The notes under the pieces: model-generated
What the model saw: the letters and a program-made list of their open reading frames with translations, nothing else
Database searches by the model: none
Told to the model about the DNA's origin: nothing
Assembly: GCA_964234715.1 (NCBI GenBank)
Contig: OZ174286.1
Length of the DNA: 64,000 bases
Source: Podarcis melisellensis
Lineage: Eukaryota
Strand: one strand, 5' to 3'
Shown here: positions 62,473-64,000 of the stretch, in pieces
Position numbering within the stretch: the stretch's first letter is position 1
Layout of the letters: the number at the start of each line of letters is the position of its first letter
Translations under genes and position numbers: made by a program

Positions 62473-64000
62473 TAAACCTAGGAAGGACATCTCATGTTTA
62501 AAAGCCCCCAGTTTCAACATTATACTATTGGATCAAATGGCTACTAGTCCTAAAAAGTAAATAAATCAAGATTAAGGTAAAGATTTGGAATCAGTCCAGG
62601 AAACATAAACCGAATTATTTAAATGAATGGTATAGGTGATTCACTTGAAGAGTTTTTTGTATATCTACTTAAACAAAATGCTAGATGAAGAAAATTGGGT
62701 GTAGTCAGACTTTTTCATCAACACAATCTAACAGTTATACCTCTCCTAATGCTATTCTGTGATTCCCACCCAACTCCCATTTTGTCCATGATTTTGAAAT
62801 CTCCTGCATGATTTTTGTCAATTCTGGGTGGTTGTGTCTCATAAAAGATATGCCAATTGTTCCCCCGCCCCTGGAGGAATTTAGTGAGTAATGAGAAAGC
62901 AAGGTTTAGATTTAGATGTTTCAGAACAGTTAATTTAAAGTTGTGTAAGATTCTTATGAACACCTACTTTTTAAAACTCCCAGTTTTAACACAGGAGGAC
63001 TTGTCAAGTAATTTGTTCATGGTTGGTTTTCATGATAGATTTCAAGGGAAATTAAAATATTCACGGAAATAGCTCATTCTTGAAGTTGCTTTGTTGTCTT
63101 TCACACATTAAATTAGCTCATTACTGCTGTATATATAGTGGGGAAAAGCATCTGTTTACACGGTTAATAATATTAAAATTACTTACAAGTAACAGAATAA
63201 GCAGCAATTTGCAAAAGCTAATCATATTTGTGCACTCCTCTGCAAAAAGTAAACTGTTAATACCTACCCACAGGGGAAAACACTTGCTGGCTGAAGCCAT
63301 TTCATTTTATCATTAAGGGTAATATACTGAATACAGAATGCCTCAAAAGCAGAGAAAGAGTGACAAAAATATAACAATTTTCTTTCCAGCAGTGAATGGT
63401 GTGAACACTTCTGTTATTAAGAAGGTCAGCTGCTTATTCAAAGATTGTATGGATCCGATCTCTTGAATTGCCCCAACTGAGTTTGTTCAGTCTGAATGCT
63501 GGTATTTTGTCCTCACAGATTCAAGTACGATTTGGAAATAGCTCACTCCTGAAGTTCCTTTGGAAAACCTCCTATAATTTCAGCAATTTAGGCTACAATG
63601 AAGATTAAGTATTCCAAATATTGACTGGCAGGTGGTGGAGGGAGAATATTAAAAGCTCTCCTTGCTCTGTAAGCCAAACCTCATACACTGGCTTTGCATT
63701 TTCCTCTAAGGGAAGTTTGAGATGTGATCAGATGCTTCAACAATCAGATATGTGAGTGCATTACATGTCTGTTTCCATTATAATGCCATAAATGCCATGT
63801 GGTGTATTGAGTTACTGTTCTGTTCTTCCTTAGAATAATAGATATCAAGCTGTCTACTTGTGGACGTAAAAACATTTTCTCTGTGCCAAAAGTCAATCTG
63901 AAATGAAACTGGAGACCCCCAACTTCCATTAATATTAGGACTTCCATTAATAATTCTAGGGGAACAACAATGAGGGAGAGAGTTACTGTATTTCCTTCAG

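Overview
Eukaryotic (vertebrate) genomic DNA, almost certainly from a lacertid lizard, judged from nine copies of the Sauria/Squam1 SINE plus squamate-type MITEs. The window appears to lie inside the large introns of ZNF385D (+ strand). Only one host exon is visible: 47766-47876, [37 protein letters not shown], which the ORF track misses. The rest is AT-rich intron with Sauria SINEs, Tc1/mariner, hAT and PIF-type MITEs, L2- and Rex/Babar-type LINE fragments, solo LTRs, microsatellites and one 134-N gap. Two observations stand out. (1) Two diverged solo-LTR-like elements (7283-7693 and 45155-45590; TG...CA ends, 5-bp TSD) are mostly filled by a ~100-codon reading frame whose C-terminus differs mainly at synonymous sites, implying an LTR-encoded peptide under purifying selection. 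A second LTR-like family with a similar acidic-to-basic frame sits head-to-head with one copy. (2) Short TSD-flanked Penelope-type elements carry intact minimal hammerhead ribozyme cores in the sense orientation of the host pre-mRNA (5655-5692, 22039-22074). All family assignments were made by eye and need database confirmation.
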